Shown here one piece after another: positions 1 to 9,824 of a stretch of DNA of 64,000 nt. Under the pieces are notes generated by a model. It was not told the DNA's origin, searched no databases, and was given only the letters and a program-made list of their open reading frames with translations. The first letter of the stretch is position 1. The number at the start of each line of letters is the position of its first letter. Origin of the DNA: a virus (lineage: Duplodnaviria > Heunggongvirae > Uroviricota > Caudoviricetes); the IMG/VR virus record IMGVR_UViG_3300036769_000253. One strand, written 5' to 3'. The position numbers and the translations under genes were made by a program.

Positions 1-221
1 GAGTTATTATTCTTGATGAAAATAATGAGCCAGAAACTATTTATGGTTCACTTATCGCGCATACTTATATGGAAGCCATGCAGGTTCTTGTAACGACCTA
101 TACCGATGACATGCTTGAGGCAAAACTATTTCCAAACTCTCCGGCTTCTACCGTTGAATACTCTATTGAAGAATATAACCGTAAAATAAAAGAAGTTGAG
201 GAGGACAGAAAACGACGATGA
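1..221 (+). CDS. 3-prime end of upstream gene (partial, hypothetical)
   Basis: Open frame enters the window and ends with TGA at 219-221, overlapping the next ATG (ATGA). Confidence 0.4.
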   Translation, partial: VIILDENNEPETIYGSLIAHTYMEAMQVLVTTYTDDMLEAKLFPNSPASTVEYSIEEYNRKIKEVEEDRKRR

Positions 222-685
222 AAATAAACTATTGTAAAAATTGCGGGCTCCTGGTTAATGCGACTAAAGGTCCAACCTGTAAGAGGACTGGGGTTTTGAT
301 CCAAGATCCTCAAAGCTACTATTGCCCCAATTTCCGCATAACAGACCTTAATACTTGTGACATTTGTGGCAACTATATCTTAGATGGATCAGAAATCATT
401 GACGAGCAACATATTATTTGCCCTGATTGCTTTTCCAGATTAAATACTTGTATTACTTGTATAACTTTTGAAAGTAATTGCGATTTTCAATCAAATCCAA
501 TTAATATTCCTCCAATGGTAACTAAAGAAGTCCGCAAAGGTCCAATGATATCAATGTGTTCAGTTCAAAATCCAGAGCGAGTTGAAAAAACTTGTAAAGT
601 AAATTGCCATTGCTACCATGATGAAGTAGGATGCTTGCGGCAAGCGCAACATTTTGTTTGCGATAACTATAAAACTAATTATTGA
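218..685 (+). CDS. Cys-rich hypothetical protein (multiple CxxC pairs, probable Zn binding)
   Basis: ORF track, 155 aa. RBS GAGGAGG about 10 nt upstream. Confidence 0.55.
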   Translation: MKINYCKNCGLLVNATKGPTCKRTGVLIQDPQSYYCPNFRITDLNTCDICGNYILDGSEIIDEQHIICPDCFSRLNTCITCITFESNCDFQSNPINIPPMVTKEVRKGPMISMCSVQNPERVEKTCKVNCHCYHDEVGCLRQAQHFVCDNYKTNY

Positions 686-701
686 AAGTGAGGATAAAAT
701 T

Positions 702-1211
702 ATGATTTTTATTTTTGGTTTTGCGATTGTTGGATTAATTCTTTGTTTAAAAGATGATGAATATTTCTTTGGTGTATTATTTACTTTTATTATGGGCTTA
801 TTTGGGATGATGATTGCTTGTATTGCAACAGCCTTTGTCCCAGCATCTTCTATCGTAATATCTGAAGAATATGATATTCCAATATACGCTATACAAGATA
901 ATGTAACAACATCTTATGTCCATAAAACTTATGTTTGTAAAACGTATTCTGCGCAGAATGATCTTAATTACTTCTACCTTTACGAAGATGAAGATGGAAA
1001 AGGAATTACATTTGATAACGTTCCTGCGAAAAAAAGTTATCTTAACTTCACCGAAGGTGAAGATGAACAGCCTTTTGTTCATGTAAGAAAATATGAAGTT
1101 ACTGGTATTTTTAAATATCTTGTACTCGATAAATTTTATGATGTTGAATATTACTTCTATATTCCAGAAGGATCTGTAACCAGTGATTATAATATTGATT
1201 TAACGAATTAA
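702..1211 (+). CDS. small membrane protein
   Basis: Internal ATG at codon 17 of ORF 654..1211 preceded by GAGGATAAAATT. Hydrophobic N-terminus. Confidence 0.5.
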   Translation: MIFIFGFAIVGLILCLKDDEYFFGVLFTFIMGLFGMMIACIATAFVPASSIVISEEYDIPIYAIQDNVTTSYVHKTYVCKTYSAQNDLNYFYLYEDEDGKGITFDNVPAKKSYLNFTEGEDEQPFVHVRKYEVTGIFKYLVLDKFYDVEYYFYIPEGSVTSDYNIDLTN

Positions 1212-1224
1212 AAGGAGAATAAAT

Positions 1225-1509
1225 ATGGCACAGTATAAAATTTATGCGGGACTCGCAGGTGGATTTGGTGGCGCAAAATACATAGAAACCGAACATTTTG
1301 ATACATATGATCAAGCAGTTGAGTATGCTTATGATCTCGCAGTTGAAGAGTATAATTCTTATGTTGGTCTTTATGGTCTTCTTTTCTGGGCAGACTGCTA
1401 TCATCAGGCTGTTGAAGAAGGCTTGGAAAAAGCCGATGAATATGCAACAGAATTTTATGAAGAAGAAATGTCAACATGGCTTGACTATTATGTGGAGGAA
1501 ATAGTGTAA
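1225..1509 (+). CDS. hypothetical acidic protein
   Basis: ORF track. RBS AAGGAGAA upstream. Confidence 0.5.
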   Translation: MAQYKIYAGLAGGFGGAKYIETEHFDTYDQAVEYAYDLAVEEYNSYVGLYGLLFWADCYHQAVEEGLEKADEYATEFYEEEMSTWLDYYVEEIV

Positions 1510-1694
1510 TGAATGAAGTAAACATAATTAAAGGTTGTCCTTTCTGCGGAGAAACTAAAGATATTTTAATTGTTTCTCCTTTTGGAGATAAAGTCGGAAA
1601 TACATATGTTCAATGCCCAAATAGGCTTTACAAAGCTATCGTAAGGGGTAAAACTAAAGAAGAAGCCATTAATAAATGGAATCGTCGAATTTAA
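1509..1694 (+). CDS. Lar-like restriction-alleviation family zinc-ribbon protein (putative)
   Basis: 61 aa with CPFCG...CP pattern. Start overlaps the upstream stop (TAATG). Confidence 0.4.
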   Translation: MNEVNIIKGCPFCGETKDILIVSPFGDKVGNTYVQCPNRLYKAIVRGKTKEEAINKWNRRI

Positions 1695-1749
1695 TATTTA
1701 TTTATAATATACCAAAAAAATCTGAAAAAATCAATGAAGAGAGGATAAG

Positions 1750-2415
1750 ATGATGAAACGTTTATGGAAAATAATTGCGGTTTTCCTTATTGCAATAACC
1801 TGCTTAACTGGATGCACAGACCAGACTGTAACGCATATTGAATCAGACAGTGATACAAAACTTTCATTCGCAGCGACTTTTTATGATAACTATGGAACTC
1901 AGTGGCTTGAAGTTTCCGGAACTTCATTTGATATTAAACCTAATAAAGTAAAAGAATATGCGTATGACACTTCTGGAAACTGGACCTATTCATACACAAC
2001 GTCTTCTGTTATGTCAGTTTCGATTGATGGAAATGATATAGAATCTTGTGGAAGTACCATTATTTTTGCAGATAAATCTCTTACAAAATATGATTGCGAA
2101 CTTCCAGAAGATGAAGTAACTTTATCTACTGGCGATTCGGTTGAAATTTCCACTCCTAACAGTTTACTGGTTTCGGATTATTGGACTCTTGATTGGTGGT
2201 GGAAAACCGCAGATTATGCAAATAAAAAAACTGGAAGTAAAATTGTAATAATTCAGTCTCAAAATGGAAACCCAATCTGTATGTATATGGGTAAAAATGT
2301 AACTTGGAAACTATCTACAAATCTTCCTAAGACGACAGAAGTAAATATTGATGGGAAAATGGTTTATATTCATAGAGCTAATTTTGCAATTATTGATACA
2401 TCAATTTTTGAATAA
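1750..2415 (+). CDS. lipoprotein (signal peptide with LTGC lipobox)
   Basis: ORF track. N-terminal hydrophobic segment followed by Cys. RBS GAGAGGATAAG. Confidence 0.55.
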   Translation: MMKRLWKIIAVFLIAITCLTGCTDQTVTHIESDSDTKLSFAATFYDNYGTQWLEVSGTSFDIKPNKVKEYAYDTSGNWTYSYTTSSVMSVSIDGNDIESCGSTIIFADKSLTKYDCELPEDEVTLSTGDSVEISTPNSLLVSDYWTLDWWWKTADYANKKTGSKIVIIQSQNGNPICMYMGKNVTWKLSTNLPKTTEVNIDGKMVYIHRANFAIIDTSIFE

Positions 2416-2420
2416 ATATA

Positions 2421-2456
2421 AAAGGACTTTTACTATCAGTAAAAGTCCTTTTTTGA
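2421..2456 (+). terminator. rho-independent terminator
   Basis: 14-bp hairpin AAAGGACTTTTACT/AGTAAAAGTCCTTT followed by a T-tract. Confidence 0.65.
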
Positions 2457-2481
2457 TTTTATATTAAAAATATATTATAAT
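2453..2481 (+). promoter_or_regulatory. consensus phage promoter (TTGATT, 17 bp, TATAAT)
   Basis: Member of the family of more than 35 copies. Confidence 0.55.
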
Positions 2482-2513
2482 ATTTATATAAATAAAAGAA
2501 AGGTGATAAAATA

Positions 2514-2813
2514 ATGATTATACAGATTGAACCTTATGATGCATTACCTTGTGAATTAAAAACTTTTAAAATCAATGGAGTCCAAGCTGATAAAAATGAT
2601 TTTGGATTCTCTGATTCTGGAAGAGAGTTTGCTTTATCTGATGAAGATGAAGATTTTTTAGCGTATGGATGCCCAAATAATACATTTTATCGCAATGAAA
2701 CTTGCGAAACTTCTGTTTTAGAAAAATATAATATTACAAAAGAAGAATGGGAATGTATTTGCAATAAATTAGTTTGCATTTTAGATGTAGGTCGCTGCGG
2801 TTGGTGCATATAA
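2514..2813 (+). CDS. hypothetical protein
   Basis: ORF track. Consensus promoter-leader upstream. RBS AAAGGTGA. Confidence 0.5.
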   Translation: MIIQIEPYDALPCELKTFKINGVQADKNDFGFSDSGREFALSDEDEDFLAYGCPNNTFYRNETCETSVLEKYNITKEEWECICNKLVCILDVGRCGWCI

Positions 2814-2882
2814 TCAATATTGATTTTTTATAAAAATTTTAGTATAATATTTATAGAAAGTTAAGAAAGGAATGGTAAAAAT

Positions 2883-3617
2883 ATGGCAGTTGCAAAAAGT
2901 TTTCAGAGTATGGAAATTATCACAGAACCTTATAAAGTAAGTGGTCGTATGTATGTTAAAGTTCGTAACCCGAAGACAGGTACAGAGCGCCAGGTTCGTT
3001 GGTACACAGACCAGCAGTATGAAAAAATGTATGGCGTTGAAGCTCCAACAGATCATAGCAATGATCCATATTGGAAATCTCAGAAAGAAATTTTAGGTTT
3101 CTCTGAGGGATATATTACCATTTTTAAGGGAGATACTTATTCTTATAAAGAATGGTTTAAAGAGCATGGCGCAACCTACCGTAAATTCTGGGGATGGAGT
3201 TTTAAATCCACTGATGAACTTCCAGAGATTCCAGAAGGTCTTACCGCAGTTCGTCTTGAATGGGCGAAGGTGGGCAGCGATGAAACAGAGAAACTTTTTA
3301 ATGATGATATTGTGCAGCGAGAAGTTGACGCCGCCCTTTATGAGGAATCTCCTTCTCAGTTCCAGGGCAAGATTGGTGATCGAATTGAACTTAAAGTAAC
3401 TGTTGTTAAAATGTTCGGAATTGAAAGCAGATTTGGTCATAGCAATATTCATATTATGCGGGATGCTGATATGAATGAATATGTTTGGATTACTGCTTCT
3501 CGGGCTTGGGAAGCTGGAAGTGAAAAACATATTAAAGGAACTATTAAAGACCATAGCACCTACAAAAACGTTAAACAGACGATTCTTACTAGATGTTCGG
3601 AGGTGAAAGTAAAATAA
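2883..3617 (+). CDS. hypothetical protein
   Basis: ORF track, 244 aa. Consensus promoter-leader upstream. Confidence 0.5.
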   Translation: MAVAKSFQSMEIITEPYKVSGRMYVKVRNPKTGTERQVRWYTDQQYEKMYGVEAPTDHSNDPYWKSQKEILGFSEGYITIFKGDTYSYKEWFKEHGATYRKFWGWSFKSTDELPEIPEGLTAVRLEWAKVGSDETEKLFNDDIVQREVDAALYEESPSQFQGKIGDRIELKVTVVKMFGIESRFGHSNIHIMRDADMNEYVWITASRAWEAGSEKHIKGTIKDHSTYKNVKQTILTRCSEVKVK

Positions 3618-3793
3618 TGAGTCAGAGAACTATTTCTATATTTTTCTTATGCGCGTGGGTTCTTATTCTTGGACTATGCATCGTCTCATGGATTGCGGGT
3701 AAAGAACCCTCATGGATTATAACTATTATGCCAATCATTTTAGTTATTACATTCTATGCTGAAAAAATTATAATGGAAGGAAAGGAAAAATGA
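3617..3793 (+). CDS. small membrane protein
   Basis: In-frame ATG at codon 9 of ORF 3593..3793 with RBS GGAGGTGA. Two hydrophobic helices. Confidence 0.45.
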   Translation: MSQRTISIFFLCAWVLILGLCIVSWIAGKEPSWIITIMPIILVITFYAEKIIMEGKEK

Positions 3794-3996
3794 GATTATC
3801 TTCAGATAGAAATATTCAAAATGATGTTTTTTTTGCTTATGCTTATCATCAGCAACAGCTTGAAGATATTGTAAATGAGATTATCTCTAAAGCTTACGAT
3901 GGAGAACTTAATTTTAACATTGATCTTTCTGGAAAAGATAATTTGTCAGAAAATGATTTACAGTATATCAGAGAAGAGGTGACTAAAAGATTATGA
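3790..3996 (+). CDS. hypothetical protein
   Basis: ORF track. Start overlaps the upstream stop. Confidence 0.45.
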   Translation: MRLSSDRNIQNDVFFAYAYHQQQLEDIVNEIISKAYDGELNFNIDLSGKDNLSENDLQYIREEVTKRL

Positions 3997-5102
3997 AAAA
4001 TTCTTTAAGTGGTGGAAAAATGAAATTCTTAATGGATCTTTTCCAAAGAGAGGTAGAGCGCGGAAATTATAAAAGAATCCCTTATAAAGAATGGCGGATT
4101 CTGTCAAAAGTAGATTCTTTTGGATCGGTATCCTTTAGTTACAATGAATCTGAAGGCATGATTCATCTTTATCCTTCCGAGAATACGAAGGAAATGTGTA
4201 TTTATGCTATCAATGATAAATCTTTCGGTCAATTTTTCTATGATGTTGAATTGAAAGAGAGGTTGAAAAACGAAAATATGATTTCTAGTAATACGACTAC
4301 TGCATCATCAATTCCAGCAAATATGATTAGTGATTCTTATATTACTACTACGACCCCATTAGGTCAGTATCCTAATTACAATTATCATAATACTTTTACT
4401 GGACAGCTTTATATTGATGAAAACAACATAAATAAAGTTTCTGTTGAAAATATTAAAAAAGAGGAGAAAAAGGAGAATAAAATGAAAAATTTTGATTTCG
4501 GTCCATTCGTAAATAACACTGTTCGAGTTAGCATGTATGGCTTGGCAGTTCGCAACGAGGATAATACCTGGGTTTCTTATGATAAAAATTCTGGAGATAT
4601 TATCGACGTTGATATTCTTAATTTTGATGGTTCTAATTATCTGTATAAGATTCCAGTAGCAATTAAAGAGATTGCGCCTGGTGATGTAATTATTCATCGT
4701 AAGTATCCTGTTATCGTAACTGAAGTTAAGGATGGAAATATTACTGCGGTTGATATTAAAGTCAACGAAAAGAAAATTATTCTTCCTACGAAGAATGTTT
4801 TTGGATTTGATTTTGTAACTAAGGTTGTATCTTTGTTTGATAACATTCAGAAGAGCGGCAATGCCCCGGATGCTGATCATCCATTCGGCAATATGCTTCC
4901 GCTTCTTATGTTGAGTGATGAAAATAAAGATACTGATCCAATGATGCTTATGATGCTTATGAATGGCGGCAATACTGGAGACATTAATCCGCAGCAGATG
5001 ATGATGGTGATGGCGATGTCTGGAAAATCTAAGTCTGATATGCTGCCGATGCTCATGATGATGAATTCAGGCTTTATGAATACGACTAAAAAGGAAGACT
5101 AA
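3993..5102 (+). CDS. hypothetical protein with Met-rich low-complexity C-terminus
   Basis: ORF track, 369 aa. An alternative start at 4020 is possible. Terminator follows. Confidence 0.5.
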   Translation: MKNSLSGGKMKFLMDLFQREVERGNYKRIPYKEWRILSKVDSFGSVSFSYNESEGMIHLYPSENTKEMCIYAINDKSFGQFFYDVELKERLKNENMISSNTTTASSIPANMISDSYITTTTPLGQYPNYNYHNTFTGQLYIDENNINKVSVENIKKEEKKENKMKNFDFGPFVNNTVRVSMYGLAVRNEDNTWVSYDKNSGDIIDVDILNFDGSNYLYKIPVAIKEIAPGDVIIHRKYPVIVTEVKDGNITAVDIKVNEKKIILPTKNVFGFDFVTKVVSLFDNIQKSGNAPDADHPFGNMLPLLMLSDENKDTDPMMLMMLMNGGNTGDINPQQMMMVMAMSGKSKSDMLPMLMMMNSGFMNTTKKED

Positions 5103-5112
5103 CTGAATTACA

Positions 5113-5146
5113 AAAGCCTCTTGTTTAGATAACAAGAGGCTTTTTG
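5113..5146 (+). terminator. rho-independent terminator
   Basis: Hairpin AAGCCTCTTGTT/AACAAGAGGCTT followed by TTTTTG. Confidence 0.65.
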
Positions 5147-5203
5147 ATTTTTAATTATAAAAATGTTATAATATTTTTATAAGATAAAGAAAAGGAGATT
5201 TAT

Positions 5204-5419
5204 ATGAAGGTGATAGAATATGGTAGAAAACGAGTTAGATGTCAGAGTTGCTTATCTCTTTTAGAGTATGAAAAACCTGATGTAAATTGTCGAGAAGGCG
5301 CAAAATCAGAAAAGTGTTATTTTGTTGTATGTCCAGTCTGTCATAAGCAGATTTCTGTTGCAGCTCCTATTCGGATGACTGATACAGCGAAACTTAATGA
5401 GGACGAAGACCGGAATTGA
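5204..5419 (+). CDS. small zinc-ribbon protein
   Basis: 71 aa with CQSC...CPVC. Consensus promoter-leader upstream. Confidence 0.5.
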   Translation: MKVIEYGRKRVRCQSCLSLLEYEKPDVNCREGAKSEKCYFVVCPVCHKQISVAAPIRMTDTAKLNEDEDRN

Positions 5420-5444
5420 TTTTTTATAAAAAATATAATATAAT
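5416..5444 (+). promoter_or_regulatory. consensus phage promoter
   Basis: TTGATT, 17 bp, TATAAT, followed by the AGAAAGTTAAGGAAAAGGAAA leader. Confidence 0.55.
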
Positions 5445-5513
5445 ATATATAGAAAGTTAAGGAAAAGGAAAATAAAAATTATACCAGAAAAGGATTGAAA
5501 AGGAGAATATATT

Positions 5514-7148
5514 ATGGAATTATTCAATATGCTTTCGGCAACTGAAAAAGATGCAATGCAGAGCTGCATTGATTATTATGCACTTGATGAAGATATTGAT
5601 CTGCATACTGAAAGAAAAGCTTCTCTCGACTATATCATGAGAATCTGGGATAGTAACAAGTCTCTTTACTTGCATAAGCTTTTGAAAGGACATATGATTC
5701 TGGAGAAAGAAGTTTACTTTGAAAGAAGTTCTTTTGAGTTGCATAACGAGTTGTTAGAGAAACTTTTCAATAATGTATATAACCTTCCAACAGAAGATTC
5801 TGAATTCGTAAGAGCTTATCGAGAAGCTTTCATTAAGGATAATGGAAGATTTTTCAATAGTGATATTGATTATCAGATGTATATGTTGATTGATCCAGCA
5901 ACTTTAGTAGATAATGTTTGGGATCGTGAAAGTTTTGTTCTTGATCTCCCAAATGGAAAAACAATGAAAATTAATCGCGGTGAGAAAGTTACCAGAGTTC
6001 TTGGTAAAATCGCTAAGGCTTATAATCTTCCAGGATTTGAAAGATTCCGTATTATTCATTCTCAGGTTCTGAATCAGAAGAAACTGAAAGGCAATCTTTG
6101 TCTTTCTATTCATCCTCTTGATTTTATGACCATGAGTGATAATGCTTCTGGATGGTCTTCTTGTATGAGCTGGGAAGATAAAGGTTGCTACAGGATGGGA
6201 ACTGTAGAAATGATGAACTCTCCGATGGTTCTTTGTGCTTATCTTAAAGGTTCTACGGAGATGGACTTGCCGGGCCAGAACACTTGGAATAATAAGAAAT
6301 GGCGTGAGCTGTATATTGTTACTCCAGAAATTATCACGAATGTAAAAAGTTATCCATATTTTAACGAGAATCTTTCCAGAGAAGTTCTTGCGTGGGTAAA
6401 AGAACTTGCGGTTGAGGCTAATATTGGTGATTACACCGAAAATGCCCAGAAGTATAGAGCTTTTGAATGGCAGTATAATAAAGAGCTGAATACGAATTTC
6501 TATGTTGATCCGTATACTTATCAGATGTATAACGATTTTGACCACAATCATTTTTGTTATCTGAGCAAGACTCTTGGATTTGACAGAAATTTAAGATTCT
6601 GTTACTCTGGTCCAACAGAGTGTATGCACTGTGGCGGAATTAATCAGGATTATGAAAGTGAAGGCTATCTGGTTTGCAATGAGTGCGAAGATTTTTATTA
6701 TTGCGCTGAATGCGGTGACCGGCTCGCTTCGGAAGAAGGAACTGAAATTGATGGTGAACTGCTTTGCGGTTATTGCTACTGTAATCGAGTTGTTGAAGAC
6801 GCAATTACCGAAGAAGAACATTTGAAAGATAATTGCGAAAAAATCTATCTTGGAGTAATCGCAGATAACTTTTATTATTATAATCGTCTTATCTACATCT
6901 ATACAGATGTTTTTGAAGATAAAGAAAGATTGAAAGAGTTTATTGTAGATCCAGAAAATCTTAAGCGATCTTCAAATAGAGGTGCTTATGTCGTAGATGT
7001 TAGCAATGTAACCGATGAAGGATTTAAATTATTCGGTTTTGACTCTAAAAAAGATTTTCTTTTTAAAATTGCTGCTGGTAATGAGGAAAATACAGAAATT
7101 AACCCACCTAGATTTTTTAATCAGGAAAGACTTATTTGGGGTTTCTAA
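5514..7148 (+). CDS. large hypothetical protein, paralog family A (SxHPLDF...WSSC core plus C-terminal multi-CxxC zinc ribbons)
   Basis: ORF track, 544 aa. Clear paralogy with 9814..11196. Confidence 0.6.
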   Translation: MELFNMLSATEKDAMQSCIDYYALDEDIDLHTERKASLDYIMRIWDSNKSLYLHKLLKGHMILEKEVYFERSSFELHNELLEKLFNNVYNLPTEDSEFVRAYREAFIKDNGRFFNSDIDYQMYMLIDPATLVDNVWDRESFVLDLPNGKTMKINRGEKVTRVLGKIAKAYNLPGFERFRIIHSQVLNQKKLKGNLCLSIHPLDFMTMSDNASGWSSCMSWEDKGCYRMGTVEMMNSPMVLCAYLKGSTEMDLPGQNTWNNKKWRELYIVTPEIITNVKSYPYFNENLSREVLAWVKELAVEANIGDYTENAQKYRAFEWQYNKELNTNFYVDPYTYQMYNDFDHNHFCYLSKTLGFDRNLRFCYSGPTECMHCGGINQDYESEGYLVCNECEDFYYCAECGDRLASEEGTEIDGELLCGYCYCNRVVEDAITEEEHLKDNCEKIYLGVIADNFYYYNRLIYIYTDVFEDKERLKEFIVDPENLKRSSNRGAYVVDVSNVTDEGFKLFGFDSKKDFLFKIAAGNEENTEINPPRFFNQERLIWGF

Positions 7149-7156
7149 AAAAAGGT

Positions 7157-7188
7157 CTATCAAGGAATCTTTAAGATTCCTTGATAGG
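7157..7188 (+). terminator. stable hairpin (putative terminator or RNA-stability element, weak U-tract)
   Basis: 14-bp hairpin CTATCAAGGAATCT/GATTCCTTGATAGG. Confidence 0.4.
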
Positions 7189-7295
7189 AATAAAAACCAA
7201 CAAATTGATTTTTATAAAAAAATATTATATAATATATACATAAGATAAAGAAAAGAAAACAAAGAAAAATTAAAATGAAAGGTTAGGTAGAGATT

Positions 7296-7757
7296 ATGGA
7301 AAAACTTACTAAGAAAGCTGTTTATGAGGCACTTGTAAAATTCGCAGAGACTGGCGATCTGACGATCAACGCTATGGAGTTAAAGAAATTCGCAGAGAAC
7401 GAGATTAATCTTTTGGATAAGAAACATGAGAAGGCAAAAGAGACTGCGGCTAAGAAGAAAGCAGCTGATGAGCTGATGAAGGTTGTATGCGAGGCTCTTT
7501 CCCAGGAGACCTTTGAGCCGATTGCTACGATTACTGAGAGAATCGGTAATCCGGACATCACTGTTTCTAAAGTAACTTATCGTTTAACTCAGCTTGTTAA
7601 AAACGGACTGGCTGAGAAAGCAGAGATCTCTGTTGAGGACTCTGAGGGTAAGAAACGTCGGATTATGGGCTACAAGGCTGTAGTCGCTGAGGATGGCGAA
7701 GTTGAATCGGAGTATGATGAAGCAGAAGTCTTCGAGGATCCGGTAATCGAAGAGTAA
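7296..7757 (+). CDS. hypothetical protein, GC-richer than surroundings, winged-helix-like C-terminal half
   Basis: ORF track. Paralogous to 60425..60697. Terminator follows. Confidence 0.5.
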   Translation: MEKLTKKAVYEALVKFAETGDLTINAMELKKFAENEINLLDKKHEKAKETAAKKKAADELMKVVCEALSQETFEPIATITERIGNPDITVSKVTYRLTQLVKNGLAEKAEISVEDSEGKKRRIMGYKAVVAEDGEVESEYDEAEVFEDPVIEE

Positions 7758-7766
7758 GAATGAGTA

Positions 7767-7796
7767 AAGCCCCTTCATATTGAAGGGGCTTTTTTA
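7767..7796 (+). terminator. rho-independent terminator
   Basis: Hairpin AAGCCCCTTCA/TGAAGGGGCTT followed by TTTTTT. Confidence 0.7.
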
Positions 7797-7873
7797 TGTG
7801 GAAAAACTGAGCCGGGCGGCGCTGGACGCCTAAATCGTAAACCTAAATCGAAAATCGGTTTTAGAATTTTTGA

Positions 7874-7902
7874 TTGACTTTTGTCCAAAAAAATGGTATT
7901 AT
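7874..7902 (+). promoter_or_regulatory. host-like sigma-A promoter (TTGACT, 17 bp, TGgTATTAT extended -10)
   Basis: Different class from the phage consensus. Confidence 0.5.
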
Positions 7903-7923
7903 AGAAATAAAAGGAGTGATTTT

Positions 7924-8703
7924 ATGAAGTATTGTTTAAGTGCTAGACAATCTAGTGAATATCTTAAAAAAGCGGATGAAATTCGTTTTGAATTTAGAGA
8001 TAGAGCGGCAATTCCAGATTACGCGGAAAAATATCCAAAAGCAACTTTCATTTTAGACTTTTCTAGCTTAGGACTATATGAAGAAGTTGATTGGAAAGAA
8101 CTTGCTGATTATAATATTTTAACTAAACAGCAATTAATTTTATGTATTAGAAATACAATAGAAGCTGAATTAGCAAAAACTAATGATATTAAATTTTATT
8201 TTGGATATCCAGTTACTACATTTTATGAATTAAATGCTATGAAAAACTTAGGAGTATCATATGCGCGAATTGGTGCACCTTTATTCTTCCAAATGGATAA
8301 GGTAAAAAATATTGGCGTTCCAGTTAGAGTAGTTCCAAATGTTGCATATGTAGATGGCCTTCCAAGAGCAGATGGAGTAAGTGGTCAATGGATCCGACCG
8401 GAAAACATAGATGATTATAATGATTATGTAGATGCGATTGACTTTGAAGATTGTGACATTCGTAAAGAACAAGCTTTATTTCGTATTTATGCAGAGCAAA
8501 AAGAATGGCTTGGTGATCTTGGAGTTATTATTACTAACTTTAATCATTCAGGAGTCAATAGATTAATTCCTCCGGATATGACAAAGAGACGATTAACTTG
8601 CGGTCAGCGTTGTCAGACTGGACCTTGTAAACTTTGTTATCGTTTATTAGATCTGGCGAACCCAGAGAAACTGAAGGCTTACTTGGAAGCAACCGAACAA
8701 TAA
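7924..8703 (+). CDS. hypothetical protein
   Basis: ATG at codon 19 of ORF 7870..8703 with RBS AAAGGAGTGA. Host-like TTGACT/TATTAT promoter upstream. Confidence 0.5.
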   Translation: MKYCLSARQSSEYLKKADEIRFEFRDRAAIPDYAEKYPKATFILDFSSLGLYEEVDWKELADYNILTKQQLILCIRNTIEAELAKTNDIKFYFGYPVTTFYELNAMKNLGVSYARIGAPLFFQMDKVKNIGVPVRVVPNVAYVDGLPRADGVSGQWIRPENIDDYNDYVDAIDFEDCDIRKEQALFRIYAEQKEWLGDLGVIITNFNHSGVNRLIPPDMTKRRLTCGQRCQTGPCKLCYRLLDLANPEKLKAYLEATEQ

Positions 8704-8768
8704 TTGATTTTTTATTAAATTTATTATATAATATAAGTAATAAATAATAAGAAAGGAAATTATTGTGT

Positions 8769-9824
8769 ATGCAAATTCTTCTTAATTCTGATTATACTTT
8801 ATTGAAAAACATAGTTAGCATTAACCAGGATTCTTTAAAAAGAACTTTGGAGTCTTATTTAAAAAAGAACTATCAAAGTTTTTACTTTACTAAGAATTAT
8901 CTCATTGGATATGGAGATATTCCGATCGCTTTGGTAGCTCATATGGACACTGTATTTACTCGGCTCCCGCAGTCTATTTATTATGACAAAGAGCAGGGTG
9001 TAATTTGGAGTCCAGAAGGATTAGGTGCAGACGACAGAGCTGGCGTTTTTTCCATTCTTAAAATTCTTGAGAGTGGGCTTAGACCAACTGTCATTTTTAC
9101 AACTGATGAAGAAAGAGGATGTCTTGGAGCAGAAGCTCTAGTCGAAGATTTTCCAGATAGTCCGGTAGATTTAAAATATATTATTGAATTGGATAGACGT
9201 GGAACAAATGATTGCGTTTTTTATGAATGTGATAATAAAGATTTTGTAAAATACGTTGAACAATTTGGTTTTATTGAAAATTTTGGATCTTTATCGGATA
9301 TTAGTGTAATTTGTCCAGCTTGGAAAATTGCAGGCGTGAACTTATCAGTTGGATATGAAGATGAACATACCAAAGAAGAAACTCTTCATACTGCGCCTTT
9401 GCTAAGGACTATCTCTAATGTAAAAATTATGCTTCAGCAAGCCGATATTCCATTTTTTGAATATATTCCTGGTAATGATACTTTCTTTAATTGGAATGCT
9501 TGGCGAAAATTTCAAAAAGGTTATACATCAAAATCATATGATGAATATAATTACTGGTTTGATGATGAAGATGCAATCGTAAAATGTGAAACATGTAATA
9601 AACTATTTGCCGATTATGAAACTATTCCAGTGAAAAGAGCAGATGGAACTATTGTGCATTATTGCACAGATCATTGTTCAGAATTAGACTGGTGTTCAAA
9701 ATGTGGTGAAGCTTTTGAAGTAAAAACAGCGACAAATAAACAGAAAAAGAAAATTTTATGTCCAGCATGTGCATATGGTAATAAAAATAACGAAAAAGGC
9801 AAGGTAGAAAATAATGCAGTATGA
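8769..9824 (+). CDS. M20/M42-like metallopeptidase homolog with C-terminal Cys cluster
   Basis: HMDTV...DDRAG...E-E motifs resemble the Zn peptidase fold. Confidence 0.45.
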   Translation: MQILLNSDYTLLKNIVSINQDSLKRTLESYLKKNYQSFYFTKNYLIGYGDIPIALVAHMDTVFTRLPQSIYYDKEQGVIWSPEGLGADDRAGVFSILKILESGLRPTVIFTTDEERGCLGAEALVEDFPDSPVDLKYIIELDRRGTNDCVFYECDNKDFVKYVEQFGFIENFGSLSDISVICPAWKIAGVNLSVGYEDEHTKEETLHTAPLLRTISNVKIMLQQADIPFFEYIPGNDTFFNWNAWRKFQKGYTSKSYDEYNYWFDDEDAIVKCETCNKLFADYETIPVKRADGTIVHYCTDHCSELDWCSKCGEAFEVKTATNKQKKKILCPACAYGNKNNEKGKVENNAV

